Source of the DNA: Candidatus Nanopelagicales bacterium
GTDB taxonomy: Bacteria > Actinomycetota > Actinomycetes > S36-B12
Assembly (NCBI GenBank): GCA_030827125.1
Contig: JAURFD010000005.1
Span: 53,046-117,045, forward strand
Reading direction: 5' to 3'
Length of the DNA: 64,000 nucleotides
Below, piece after piece: positions 38,900-48,805 of this stretch (its first letter is position 1; each line of letters begins with the position of its first letter). The notes beneath the pieces are model-generated. The model saw only the letters and a list, made by a program, of their open reading frames with translations. It ran no database searches and was not told where the DNA came from. Made by a program: the position numbers and the translations under genes.

Positions 38900-40396
38900 A
38901 TGACCCTTGACGATCTCGGGCGCGCCATCGTCATCGGGTCCCTCGTGGTCCTCGTGGCCGTCATCGGAGTGCGCTTCGCCGGTCGCCTCGGCGTACCGGG
39001 CCTGTTGCTCTACCTCGCGATCGGCATGCTCATCGGCGCGGTGTCACCCATCGGCCTGGACGACCTCGGCCTGGCCCCCGTGCTCGGTTATGCGGCCCTC
39101 ATTTTGATCCTGGCGCACGGTGGTCTCACCACTCGATGGTCCGAACTCCGGCCGGTGCTGTGGCCGAGTGTGGCCTTGGCCACAGTCGGCGTGGCGGTGA
39201 GCGTCACCGTGGTGGCTCTGCCGCTGATCTGGTGGGCAGACCTGGAGCCCCGTCTGGCGATTCTGCTGGGCGCGGTGCTTGCGGCAACGGACGCGGCAGC
39301 GGTGTTCTCGGTGCTGCGCACGGTGCCGATCATGCCGAGACTGCGCACTTTGCTGGAGGGTGAGGCGGGCTTCAACGATGCGCCCGTCGTCGTGCTTGTC
39401 ACGGTGGTGGCCAGCGGCGCCCTTGAGTCTGACCCGTGGCTGATTCCCGGGCTCGTCGCCTTGGAGATTGTTGGCGGCGCCGTCGTCGGCGTTGCCGTGG
39501 GATTAGGCACCCGGTGGTTGCTGCCGCGTCTGGCGCTGCCCGCCGTCGGCCTCTACCCGATCGCGGTCCTCACGCTGCTCGTAGGCGCGTACGGCGTGGC
39601 CGATCTGCTGCACTTGTCGGGATTTCTCGCCGTCTATGTGTCGGCGGTCATCGTCGGCTCGTCGTCAGCTTTGCCGCATCGGCGTTCGGTCAAGGGATTC
39701 AGCGATGGGTTGTCCTGGGTCGCCGAGATCGGACTGTTCGTGATGCTCGGACTCCTCGTGGAGCCGAGTCGATTGCTGCAGTCGATGGGTATTGCCGTCC
39801 TGGCCACGGTCATCTTGATCGTCGTCGCACGACCGCTCGCCTCGGTCGTGTCGATGGCCCCCTTCCGATGGCCGCCGCGATGCATCGCCTTTGTCTCCGT
39901 CGCAGGTTTGCGCGGCGCGGTGCCGATTGTCTTCGCATCGATTCCGTTGGGTCTGGGGATGCCCGGCGCGGACATCGTCTTCGACGCCACGTTCATCGTG
40001 GTCCTCATGCTCACGTTGGTGCAGACACCGCTGCTGCCGTGGGTGACGCGCCGACTCGGTGTCGCGGTCGTGACCGAGCCGGGTGAGTTGGAGGTCGACA
40101 GCGCCCCGCTGGACGGCATGCGCGCGATCATGCTCGGGCTCTCGGTGCCGGAGGACAGTCAACTCGTCGGGGTGTTCGTGCGTGAACTTGGATTGCCGCA
40201 TGGATCGGCGCTTTCCCTGGTCATCCGTCAGGGTGCGGCGGTGGTGCCGCATCCGGAAATGCGCTTGCGGAGCGGTGATCAACTCGTGGTGGTGTCCACG
40301 GAGGCCGAGCGCGGGGCCACCGAGCGTCGCCTGCGCGCCCTGTCTCGGCACGGTCGGCTGGCGCTGTGGCAGGGCGATCGCGGCGAGTCGGACTAG
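38900..40396 (+). CDS. K+/H+ (Na+/H+) antiporter of the CPA1 family with a C-terminal TrkA-C domain (NhaP2/CvrA-like)
   Basis: 498 aa. About 12 TM helices followed by a soluble TrkA-C-like domain (LVIRQGAAVVPHPEMRLRSGDQLVVV). Confidence 0.85.
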   Translation: MTLDDLGRAIVIGSLVVLVAVIGVRFAGRLGVPGLLLYLAIGMLIGAVSPIGLDDLGLAPVLGYAALILILAHGGLTTRWSELRPVLWPSVALATVGVAVSVTVVALPLIWWADLEPRLAILLGAVLAATDAAAVFSVLRTVPIMPRLRTLLEGEAGFNDAPVVVLVTVVASGALESDPWLIPGLVALEIVGGAVVGVAVGLGTRWLLPRLALPAVGLYPIAVLTLLVGAYGVADLLHLSGFLAVYVSAVIVGSSSALPHRRSVKGFSDGLSWVAEIGLFVMLGLLVEPSRLLQSMGIAVLATVILIVVARPLASVVSMAPFRWPPRCIAFVSVAGLRGAVPIVFASIPLGLGMPGADIVFDATFIVVLMLTLVQTPLLPWVTRRLGVAVVTEPGELEVDSAPLDGMRAIMLGLSVPEDSQLVGVFVRELGLPHGSALSLVIRQGAAVVPHPEMRLRSGDQLVVVSTEAERGATERRLRALSRHGRLALWQGDRGESD

Positions 40397-40414
40397 CTCT
40401 CTCGGCGCCCGTGT

Positions 40415-41884
40415 CTAGGTGGCCCGACCGATGGTCTCGGCGACGATGTCCGCGCTGATCCCCACGAGGGGAAGTCCACCACCGGGGTGCGAGGAGCCAC
40501 CGACCAGATACAGGCCGGGGATCGGCGAGATGTTTGCCGGACGCAGGAAGGCGGCCCGCATCCCGTTGCTGCTAGTGCCGTAGATGGACCCCCCTGGTGC
40601 TCGGTAGCGCTGCTGCAGGTCTGCCGGCGTGCGAATCTCGCGCCACAGAATGCGCGAGCGGAGGTCCACACCGCGGCGGGCGAGAACATCAAGCACGTGG
40701 TCGGCGTACGACTCGCGTTGCTCCTGCCAGTTGACAAGGCCCTCGCGCGCGGCATTGACGAGGATGAACCACGATTCCGAATCATCATCGGGTCGCATGC
40801 GGGGATCATCAGGCACGCAGGCGTAGATGGTGGGATCCGCGACCGGGCGGCCACCGAATACGGCGTCAAACTCCGCGTCGTAATCGGCGGGGAACCAGAC
40901 GTTGTGGTGACGCAGGTTTGCGGTGCGACCGCGGACCGCCGCCATGATCACGAAACCCGATAGCGACGGTGTCGCGCGCTGGACCGTGCGCAGGGGCTTC
41001 CGCGCGCGCGGGTCATCAACCAGGTCCGCGTAGAGCGCGGTGGCATCGACATTAGCCACGACGATGTCGGCATCGATGTGTTCCCCGTCGGTCAGACGCA
41101 CCCCGCTCACGCCGTCGGGGTTGGTGACGATACGTGCGACGTCCGTATGGGTACGCAGTTCGACACCGCGATCGCGGCAGCGCGCGGTGAGGGCATCGGC
41201 CAGCGTCGCAATTCCGCCCCCGAGGTGCCAGGCGCCGAACGCCTGCTCGACGTAGGGGATCGTCATCAAGGCGGCGGGAGCGCGACGCGGGTCCGACCCC
41301 TGGTAGGTCGCGTAGCGATCGAGGAGCGTGACCTGGCGCGGATCGGCAAGGTGGTGACGTCCGAGTCGACGCAGGGACGTGAACGGTGCGACTGCACGCA
41401 CCTCACGAGGATCCGTGGCGAGTTTGATGAGCGTGCCGGCTCCGGCGAGCGGCGAGGTGATGAAGGGCCCACGCGTGATCCGCCAGACCTCACCGGCGCG
41501 CACCATGAGGTCATTCCAATCCTGCTGGGCACGACCGCCGAGTTGCGCCCCCATCGCCTGCGCGATGCGACCGGGGTCGACCCCGGGCACGTCCAGCGAA
41601 GCACCGTCGGCGAAGCGATAGCCAAAGGCGGTTTCCAGCGGCTGGAGGTCAACGCATTCCTCGAACGGTGCGCCTGTCTTGAGGAACAGGTCCCGGTAGA
41701 CCGCGGGCAAAGTCAGCAGGCTCGGGCCCGAGTCAAAGACGAAGCCATCCCGGGAGTAGCGGTCGAGTTTGCCGCCCGCTCGCGGTCCCTGCTCAAGGAC
41801 GAGGACGTCATGGCCTTTCACACGTAACCGCGCGGCGGCTGCGAGTCCCCCCATCCCAGCACCAACGACGACGACGCGAGCCAT
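40415..41884 (-). CDS. Phytoene desaturase family oxidoreductase (CrtD-like carotenoid desaturase or ketolase)
   Basis: VVVVGAGMGGLAAA FAD fold, 489 aa, and the C-terminal block LVGGSSHPGGGLPLVGISA. Substrate cannot be assigned from sequence alone. Confidence 0.75.
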   Translation of the reverse strand: MARVVVVGAGMGGLAAAARLRVKGHDVLVLEQGPRAGGKLDRYSRDGFVFDSGPSLLTLPAVYRDLFLKTGAPFEECVDLQPLETAFGYRFADGASLDVPGVDPGRIAQAMGAQLGGRAQQDWNDLMVRAGEVWRITRGPFITSPLAGAGTLIKLATDPREVRAVAPFTSLRRLGRHHLADPRQVTLLDRYATYQGSDPRRAPAALMTIPYVEQAFGAWHLGGGIATLADALTARCRDRGVELRTHTDVARIVTNPDGVSGVRLTDGEHIDADIVVANVDATALYADLVDDPRARKPLRTVQRATPSLSGFVIMAAVRGRTANLRHHNVWFPADYDAEFDAVFGGRPVADPTIYACVPDDPRMRPDDDSESWFILVNAAREGLVNWQEQRESYADHVLDVLARRGVDLRSRILWREIRTPADLQQRYRAPGGSIYGTSSNGMRAAFLRPANISPIPGLYLVGGSSHPGGGLPLVGISADIVAETIGRAT

Positions 41885-41962
41885 GCGGCCAGCCTATGGC
41901 CGGTCACCGGAGGTCGCCGATGGGAGACCTTGCCGACAGGGGACCTACGCCGACCTGTGGAG

Positions 41963-42844
41963 CTACGCGCGCCAGATCAGCAGTGCGGTGGTGATGCCCA
42001 CAGGGGCCCAAATCCATCCCCAGCGTGCGGCGGTGGCGACAACGGGATCGGCGTAGCCGTAGAGGATCGACAACTGCGGCGGGAAGAACGCCGGGATCGA
42101 GAATGCGAAGAGAACCAGCATGATCGCGACCTCGGGAGTGGGAGCAAAGAAGGCGGCGGTGATGAAGATGACCAGGCGGACCGTCGTGAGAATGAGCCAC
42201 ACGCGCATCCCGGATCGCCACGGCAGTCGCTGGCTCGGATGCAACGCGGACCCGACAAAGACGGCCGCTCCGGAGAGAGCCATGAGCGGTGCGGTCCACA
42301 CCAGCGCGGTTCCGGTCCATTCAGGGGCATCCGATGCCGCATTGAGTCCCAGGCCGATAGCGAGGGCGATCAGCGGCGCCTGATCGATCCACGATGTGCG
42401 TACCCGTTGCGGGCGCGGTGCGTAGCGCCGCAGTACCCAGGTGAGCGAGGAGTACATGAAGACGATGACGCGGTCGGCGAGCACAGCAACCACCGCACCG
42501 GGTGCGCCCGCGACCGAGGTGGCGACCGGGATCACCCAGAAGCCACCGTTGGGGCTCGCTGACCAACCGCGCAGGGCTGCGCGTCCGGGTCGATCGGGCC
42601 CGGCGGGGGTCACGAACCAGGCGGTGATGACGACGACCACAGAGAGAAGTGCGGCAAGCACCGGCCACAGCAGGTCGGCGATATCGGCGAGCCGCCACGC
42701 GGCGAGGAGGGAGACGAAGACCGAGGCGAGCAGGATCTGCGCGCGGATGATGACGCGCCAGGATGACTCGAGTCGACTGCTGCGTGCCGAGAGCACACCG
42801 AGGGTCGCGCCGATGCCGTAGGCGAGGACGACGAGGACGGTCAC
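41963..42844 (-). CDS. Polytopic integral membrane protein, function unknown (possibly permease-like)
   Basis: 293 aa with about 8-10 hydrophobic helices. The GTG start forms a GTGA overlap with the GT2 stop. Confidence 0.6.
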   Translation of the reverse strand: MTVLVVLAYGIGATLGVLSARSSRLESSWRVIIRAQILLASVFVSLLAAWRLADIADLLWPVLAALLSVVVVITAWFVTPAGPDRPGRAALRGWSASPNGGFWVIPVATSVAGAPGAVVAVLADRVIVFMYSSLTWVLRRYAPRPQRVRTSWIDQAPLIALAIGLGLNAASDAPEWTGTALVWTAPLMALSGAAVFVGSALHPSQRLPWRSGMRVWLILTTVRLVIFITAAFFAPTPEVAIMLVLFAFSIPAFFPPQLSILYGYADPVVATAARWGWIWAPVGITTALLIWRA

Positions 42845-44025
42845 GGCAGTGGTCGGCCCCGCCAGGTGAGAGTGCCGGCCCGATGTCCCCGCAGCGACGC
42901 GCTGAGGAGACCGACAAAGGCAGCGATCGAGACGGGCTGGGCGAACGCATCCGGCCAGATCCGCTCACCGGTCTGACGCGCGACGACGACACGACCGGCG
43001 ACCCCGGACGCGTATCCGGCAAGTCCCCACAATCGTGTACGTCGATCCGGACCGGCGACAGCGAAGATCGGCGGAGCGACGTAGGCGAGCAGCATCACCG
43101 CGATGAGACCGTAGGCTGCGGGTTCGGGCTGGAAGGCTGACCACACAGACTTGGTGTACCCCTCGTAGATCTGTGCGGGCCCGGTGTACATCCGGCACCG
43201 GGCAACGGCGCTCCCATCGGCGGGCGCCCCGCGGAACCCCGCGCGCTTGAATGCTCGAAGGACGCCGACGTCTTCCAAGATCATGTCCGACACGGCGGCG
43301 TGTCCGCCGCTGATGCGATAGGCACGCGCATCGACAACGAGGAACTGTCCGACTGCCGCAGCCATCGACGGGTAGTGCTTCGTCTCGGTCAATCGGGCCG
43401 GCAGGGCGGTGACCCACGACCACGTGACCATGGGTTGGGTGATGCGTTCGGCCCAGGTCTCGGCGACCTGATGCGGGTAGGGGGAGAGCAGATCCAGCCC
43501 TCCGTCGCGCATCATGCGCACCGTGGCGGCGACGGCGGCCGGTGCGAGGTGCACGTCAGCATCGATGAAGACGAGCACGGAGCCGGTCGCCTCTTGGGCG
43601 AGGCGATGGCAGGCCCACGACTTGCCGAGCCAGCCGTCAGGGGGCGGCTCATCCGACCCGATGACGAGGCGAAGGCGAGGATCCCGCTCCGCCATCTCCT
43701 TGACGATGCGCGCCGTGTCGTCGTGAGAGCCGTCATCGAGGACGACGACCTCGAGGTCGCGAAGTCCCTGTTGGGCGAGGACACCGCGGAGGGTGGCCCC
43801 GATGCGCTCCGCCTCATCACGCGCCGGAATGAGGATCGAGATCCGCTCCGCGACGTCAACCGGCGTGTTCGTAGGGCGACGCGTCAGGTGCATGTTCACG
43901 GCGGCATGGGCGGTGAGCAGTAACGATGTGACCGCCCCGCTGCCGGCGAGTGCCCGGGCCACGGGCGCGGCGGCATCGCGAAGTCCTCGTCCAGCCGAAT
44001 ATGCCTGAGTCCGTCGTCGAATCAT
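42841..44025 (-). CDS. Family 2 glycosyltransferase with a C-terminal membrane domain (carotenoid glycosyltransferase CrtQ/CruC-like)
   Basis: GT-A blocks ISILIPARDE, VVVLDDGSHDDT and FIDADV, with C-terminal TM helices. The ATG at 44025 forms an ATGA overlap with the upstream stop. Confidence 0.75.
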   Translation of the reverse strand: MIRRRTQAYSAGRGLRDAAAPVARALAGSGAVTSLLLTAHAAVNMHLTRRPTNTPVDVAERISILIPARDEAERIGATLRGVLAQQGLRDLEVVVLDDGSHDDTARIVKEMAERDPRLRLVIGSDEPPPDGWLGKSWACHRLAQEATGSVLVFIDADVHLAPAAVAATVRMMRDGGLDLLSPYPHQVAETWAERITQPMVTWSWVTALPARLTETKHYPSMAAAVGQFLVVDARAYRISGGHAAVSDMILEDVGVLRAFKRAGFRGAPADGSAVARCRMYTGPAQIYEGYTKSVWSAFQPEPAAYGLIAVMLLAYVAPPIFAVAGPDRRTRLWGLAGYASGVAGRVVVARQTGERIWPDAFAQPVSIAAFVGLLSASLRGHRAGTLTWRGRPLP

Positions 44026-44816
44026 GGGCGCCGAGTCCAACTGACCCAGGTGAAGGGAAGGATCACGACCCCCATGAGGATGCCACCCCACAGGGCCACG
44101 CCGGGTCGCCCGAAGAAGGCGGCGTTTGCGAGCACGCTCGAGAAATACACCCACAAAATCATGAGTGTGGGTACGCCGTCACCGAGTCCACGTCGCTGCG
44201 GGAGTCGGGACATCAGGGCCATGATGATGGCGGCGGTGATGATCCAGCCGAAGTAGTTCAGCAGTGGAATCCCCGGGATGCCGGGGAGGGACGGGCTTGT
44301 CGTCTCCCACACCCAATGGCCTTCGGACACCATCTGCGGGTCGAGGAAGAGATCCCAGGAGGCCAGCACCCAGGTGCCGATGATGATGACGCCGGCTCGG
44401 GTGCTGGACAGACGCTGTGCGACCAAGAAGCACGGGTAGGCCATCATCGCCCAGGCGAGCATGACGACGACGGGGACGCCGACGAGCGTTGGTCCGAGAC
44501 TGTCCGCGTATTCGTAGGTCCCGAAGGGCAGCCCCGTAGCAACGCCGACCGCCTCAAGGGCGAGCCCCACCCCGGCAGCGATGACGACGTAGCCCAGTGC
44601 CCAGAGCCATCCACGGGTCAGCCAGGCGTGCGAGAAGGACGCGAGGAAAAAACTGATGACGGTCGCGATCGTGAGCACATCGCGCGCGGGCTCGGCGAGC
44701 AGCCACACGATCTGCCCGCCAATCGTGACTCCGGCAAAGACCCACGGAAGCCACATCCAACTCAGGGGCAGGCGATGGCCATCGGAGTGTGGCCCCTGAT
44801 AGACGCGAATACTCAT
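44022..44816 (-). CDS. Carotenoid biosynthesis membrane protein (CruF-like carotenoid 1,2-hydratase family)
   Basis: 264-aa multi-TM protein. By-eye match to the 'carotenoid biosynthesis protein' family (GLPFGTYEYADSLGP). The ATG at 44816 forms an ATGA overlap with the hydrolase stop. Confidence 0.65.
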   Translation of the reverse strand: MSIRVYQGPHSDGHRLPLSWMWLPWVFAGVTIGGQIVWLLAEPARDVLTIATVISFFLASFSHAWLTRGWLWALGYVVIAAGVGLALEAVGVATGLPFGTYEYADSLGPTLVGVPVVVMLAWAMMAYPCFLVAQRLSSTRAGVIIIGTWVLASWDLFLDPQMVSEGHWVWETTSPSLPGIPGIPLLNYFGWIITAAIIMALMSRLPQRRGLGDGVPTLMILWVYFSSVLANAAFFGRPGVALWGGILMGVVILPFTWVSWTRRP

Positions 44817-45598
44817 ACGGTCGACGTCCTCCGGATGATCTCGGTGGTCACCTTCGGAACATCCCACATCGGCGCGTGACCGCAGTTCCATAGGACATCC
44901 CAGCGGGCGTGTGCCGGAGCCAGATCGCGCTGCTGGAACCGTGGCGCGGGAAGAAGCCGGTCGTTATCCCCGAAGGCGATGGTGACGGGGACCGTGGCCG
45001 GAATCTGCGCGGCACGTTCGAATCGGGTGTGCAGGGCACCGTCGTGGGCGGCTTCGAACCCGCGTGCGTCAGCCTGCGCAACGGCCGCATCAACGGCGAT
45101 GGTGAAGGGAACCGAGGCGGATCGCTCGGTGCCACTGCGCATGAGTTGTCGGCGCAGCGGCGGAATCCCCATGATGGTCGGGATGGCACGTCGGGTGGCC
45201 AGGGCAGCTTTGCGGTTGAACTGGATCGCGCGAATGGGTTTGTGGATCGGCTGCCAGAGGCCCGCGGGACACAGGCCGACCACGCTGTGCGCGCGACCGT
45301 CTGCGGCCGCCTCGAGAACAGTCCACCCGCCGAGGGAATTGCCCACCAAATGCGCCCGCTCAAGATCATGCTGATCCATGAAGGTTCCGAGTGCTCGGGC
45401 GAACATCGCCGGCGTGGCAACGTCGACACCGGGGAGAGGGTCGGAGTCGCCGTGCCCGGGGAGATCGACGGCGTACACCGTGTGATCGTTGGCGAGATCC
45501 GCAACGATGAGATCCCAGCAACGCCGGGATGAGGCGAGACCGTGGACAAGGATGACGGTCGGTCCATGACCGGCGACGTCATACGCCAGCAACGTCAT
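44813..45598 (-). CDS. Alpha/beta hydrolase fold protein, first gene of the carotenoid tailoring operon
   Basis: HGLASS oxyanion region, GNSLGG nucleophile elbow and a C-terminal CGHAP His block. The ATG at 45598 is preceded by GAAAGAGGAGGTGC (strong SD). Confidence 0.8.
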   Translation of the reverse strand: MTLLAYDVAGHGPTVILVHGLASSRRCWDLIVADLANDHTVYAVDLPGHGDSDPLPGVDVATPAMFARALGTFMDQHDLERAHLVGNSLGGWTVLEAAADGRAHSVVGLCPAGLWQPIHKPIRAIQFNRKAALATRRAIPTIMGIPPLRRQLMRSGTERSASVPFTIAVDAAVAQADARGFEAAHDGALHTRFERAAQIPATVPVTIAFGDNDRLLPAPRFQQRDLAPAHARWDVLWNCGHAPMWDVPKVTTEIIRRTSTV

Positions 45599-45623
45599 GC
45601 ACCTCCTCTTTCTCGGCTCGCTT

Positions 45624-45663
45624 TCGGGACACATGTCTATCGGGACACACCCTAGGCCGATAG
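45624..45663. promoter_or_regulatory. Direct repeat TCGGGACACA x2 (45624-45633, 45640-45649) overlapping the inverted repeat CTATCGG-N13-CCGATAG (45637-45663)
   Basis: Read directly. Lies in the ~120-bp divergent region between the carotenoid tailoring operon and the AI-2E transporter gene. Confidence 0.3.
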
Positions 45664-45716
45664 GTCCCGTGCCGGTGGGCCCGGCACTACGCTTCCCATG
45701 AGTGCAGGGAGGCGAT

Positions 45717-46904
45717 GTGGCAGACGCGGAGGGGTCCGACGAGAGCAGTCTCGCTGATCGGCCTGCTCGTCGTGGGATCCCGCCAAGGCCCCCGCTGCCG
45801 ACGCCCTACAACACCCCGGACCAGGTATCTCCGGCATTCCGGCGGATCGGGGGCTACGCCTGGCGGCTCGCGGCCATCGGGGTGGTGCTCTGGGGACTCT
45901 TCCTCCTCATCACCCCGCTGCAGACGTTGATCCTGGCTCTGTTCTTCGCCCTCCTGATCACCGCATGGCTGATGCCACTGACCAACTGGCTCGCCAAGGG
46001 CCTGCCCAGGTGGCTTGCGGGGGTCCTCTCGCTCGTCGGATTTTCCATCGCGGTGGGGCTGGTCATCACCTTCATCGGATTGCAGACCGCGTCGCAATGG
46101 GAAGGGATCGCGGCGGCCTTCAATCAGGGAGTTGCCGACCTGCAGACCTGGCTCCGTGACGGCCCCTTCCACGTCACTGATGCGCAATTGACCAGTGTCT
46201 ATCAATCCGTGGAGCAGTTCATTCGCGACTCTGGCGGTGACATCGCGCTGGGTGTCCTGTCCGGTGTGGGCAGCGTTCTCGGAGTTTTCACCGCCTTGGC
46301 GGCTGCACTCTTTATCCTCGTCTTCCTGCTCATCCAGCCGGAAGTGATGTTCCGCTGGTTCGTCGGATGGCTGCCCGCCCGCAACCGTGAGGTCATCGCC
46401 CAATCCGTGCGGATCGCGTGGGATGGGTTCTCGCAGTACTCGCAGGGGCTCGTGCTGGTGGCGGTCACCAATGCCATCCTGGTGACGATCGTGCTGTTGA
46501 TCATGGGTGTTCCACTGGCGATTCCACTGGGGATCATCGTGTTCTTCGGTGCCTTCATCCCGTACATCGGCGCCCCCATTGCCATGCTTCTCGCCGCATT
46601 CGTGGCGTTCGTGACCGATGGTCCACTGGCGGGAGCTCTCGTCATCGTGCTGATCTTCGTCATTGGTCAGCTCGAGGGCAACGTGCTTCAGCCGCTCATC
46701 ATGGGGCAGACGGTCAATCTCCATCCGGTGGCCATCGTCATGGTCACCGCGGTGGGCGCCGCGTACTTCGGCCTCCTCGGAGCACTCATCGGTGTTCCGC
46801 TCGCGGCCGGTGTCTACGGCGCCATGCGCTACCTCACCGGACCGATTCGCCACGACGATGGATCGCCACCGGAGCCGGCCCCACCGGGCGAAGGTACGTT
46901 CTAG
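45717..46904 (+). CDS. AI-2E family transporter (PerM/UPF0118)
   Basis: About 8 TM helices and a family-typical length. GTG at 45717 preferred because GGGAGG lies 4 nt upstream. An alternative GTG lies at 45702. Confidence 0.8.
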   Translation: MADAEGSDESSLADRPARRGIPPRPPLPTPYNTPDQVSPAFRRIGGYAWRLAAIGVVLWGLFLLITPLQTLILALFFALLITAWLMPLTNWLAKGLPRWLAGVLSLVGFSIAVGLVITFIGLQTASQWEGIAAAFNQGVADLQTWLRDGPFHVTDAQLTSVYQSVEQFIRDSGGDIALGVLSGVGSVLGVFTALAAALFILVFLLIQPEVMFRWFVGWLPARNREVIAQSVRIAWDGFSQYSQGLVLVAVTNAILVTIVLLIMGVPLAIPLGIIVFFGAFIPYIGAPIAMLLAAFVAFVTDGPLAGALVIVLIFVIGQLEGNVLQPLIMGQTVNLHPVAIVMVTAVGAAYFGLLGALIGVPLAAGVYGAMRYLTGPIRHDDGSPPEPAPPGEGTF

Positions 46905-46936
46905 GGTCACGCATGTCCTCGCGGGGACCGTGAGCG

Positions 46937-48805
46937 CTAGTCCTCGCCGTCGGATTCCTCTACACCGGAGTGCGGCGTGATCGGCCCCGTTGTGCTCATG
47001 CTTGGCCCCCACACCTCAATGCGGTCACGCCCGGTCGACTTGGCACGGTAGAGCGCCTGGTCTGCCTTGGCGAGCATGTCGTTCATCGACTCCAGGGCAT
47101 CACCGCGAAGGCAGCACAGTCCCACGGAAACCGTGAAGGACCCCCCGCTCGGTAGGAAATCGCCGAGCACGGCATTGGCGCGGCTGTGCACGCGGTGCAG
47201 CAGTCGCAGGGCGTCCTCCTCGGTCTCGACGACGACGAGCAGGACGAACTCATCTCCGCCGAAGCGGTAGACACTGTCGGTTCCGCGAATGGAATCGCTC
47301 AGCGCTCTGCCCAGCCGACGTAGGGCTTCGTCGCCGAACTGATGGCCGAAGGTGTCGTTGAGGGCTTTGAAGTCGTCAATATCGACGACGGCGACGCCGA
47401 GCCAGCTGCCGTGACGCTGCACGGAAATGCTGAGTTCATCGAAGGTGGGTTGAAAACGACGGCGGTTGAACACGTCGGTGAGGTGGTCGATGACGCTGTC
47501 GCGGGAGACACTCTCAAGTCGCTCCAGGGAGCCCAATGTGGCGGCGAGCATCGGCGAAATCGTCTCGAGGACTTCGTCGAGATCAGCCGCGGAGCGGACA
47601 CTGGGCGCATCGATCGAGATACGCGCCTGTTGGTTGCCGCCCCGCATGACATCCCACACTCGCCCGCTGGTGTTTCCCTCAGGTGAGGCCCCTGCGCCGA
47701 TGGGAATGGTGATGCCGTCCTCCGGGGCACCTTGGACCTGCCCCTGGATGCGCGGGTAGAGCGTCGACAGGAAGGTGGCGGTAGTAGTGAGGACGTCTTC
47801 CCGTGCGGGGAGATCAATCACAGCGTGGCCGAAGTCGAAGCCGACCCGGTTGCGCGCGGAGGCGTGGTAGGCCCACGTGGCCAATGTCGCAGCGGCAATC
47901 GTGGATAGCAGGCCGATGAGGAGGACCGGCCAGTGGTGCAGGGGATCGGGCACCGTGCTCGCTACGTAGAGGCGCCAGCGGGACTCGTCCGGCAGCGTGA
48001 TGTCACGCACCTCCGCGTCCAACGCCGCTCCGTCCCAGGCGCCCACGAATGCTTCTCCCACGGTGCCGTCAGCATTTACTTTGCGCAGGGAGTACGTGGC
48101 CGGATCGGTGCCGGTCTCCGCCAACGCGGCGAGCATCGCGGGCGCGTCCACCACGGTGGTAGAAAAGCCCCAGAAGTCATCGGGGATTCGATCGGCCCAG
48201 GCCGGATCGGGGGCAAGTCCGGTCACGTCCTCGTAGCGCTCAGCGAAGGGGCGAAGCCCGGGCACGAAGATCGCCTGCCTGATGATGATCCCGGTGCCCC
48301 CCTGCTTGAGGTTGAGGGGTCCGCTGATGATGGGTGCGCGCTCCTCGATGGTGTCGATGATGGTGTCTCGCCGCTCGTCATCGGTGAGCAGGTTGTGCCC
48401 GATTGCGGCAGCATTCTCGGCGGGCCGTGCAGAGTAGGTCACGACGCCGATCGGAGCGAGTTGGTAGTCCAGAAGTGCCGCCCCGAGTTCGTTGACGAGT
48501 GGCGCGGCAAACGGGGCGAATCCCTCGTTGAGAAGTTGCGTCTCACTCACACCGAGCGTTGCGGCCTGAGACACGGTGGCCTCAACGAAGCCTTCGCCGG
48601 CCACGGTGGGGGTGTAGTAGGTCCCGATGGCCTGGTAGATGGCGTTCGACAGGCTCTGGGACGTCTCCGCTGAGGTGATGCGCGCCTGGTTGACGTCCTC
48701 GCCGACGTCGTACCGCAGCAGGAGCGCGGTGATGGCGAAACCGGCAACCAGGATGAAGACGACGTAAACCACGGGAATCCGCAGTGCGTGACGGCGACGC
48801 ATCAT
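46937..48805 (-). CDS. Membrane diguanylate cyclase: TM, CHASE-like extracytoplasmic domain, TM, GGDEF
   Basis: Canonical active site RFGGDEF with the I-site RGTD five residues upstream. A ~270-aa periplasmic domain between two TM helices resembles CHASE. The ATG at 48805 forms an ATGA overlap with the upstream stop. Confidence 0.85.
   Translation of the reverse strand: MMRRRHALRIPVVYVVFILVAGFAITALLLRYDVGEDVNQARITSAETSQSLSNAIYQAIGTYYTPTVAGEGFVEATVSQAATLGVSETQLLNEGFAPFAAPLVNELGAALLDYQLAPIGVVTYSARPAENAAAIGHNLLTDDERRDTIIDTIEERAPIISGPLNLKQGGTGIIIRQAIFVPGLRPFAERYEDVTGLAPDPAWADRIPDDFWGFSTTVVDAPAMLAALAETGTDPATYSLRKVNADGTVGEAFVGAWDGAALDAEVRDITLPDESRWRLYVASTVPDPLHHWPVLLIGLLSTIAAATLATWAYHASARNRVGFDFGHAVIDLPAREDVLTTTATFLSTLYPRIQGQVQGAPEDGITIPIGAGASPEGNTSGRVWDVMRGGNQQARISIDAPSVRSAADLDEVLETISPMLAATLGSLERLESVSRDSVIDHLTDVFNRRRFQPTFDELSISVQRHGSWLGVAVVDIDDFKALNDTFGHQFGDEALRRLGRALSDSIRGTDSVYRFGGDEFVLLVVVETEEDALRLLHRVHSRANAVLGDFLPSGGSFTVSVGLCCLRGDALESMNDMLAKADQALYRAKSTGRDRIEVWGPSMSTTGPITPHSGVEESDGED

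Noticed and set aside
45687-47012. 441-aa minus-strand ORF opposite the AI-2E transporter gene
   Set aside because: It is antisense to a convincing polytopic transporter. The translation is highly charged, Asp/Glu/Arg/His-rich low complexity. The same reasoning applies to the other long antisense ORFs in the track (for example 3469-4479, 4473-5801, 12050-13279, 15518-16819, 17629-18654, 23002-23967, 60215-61069).
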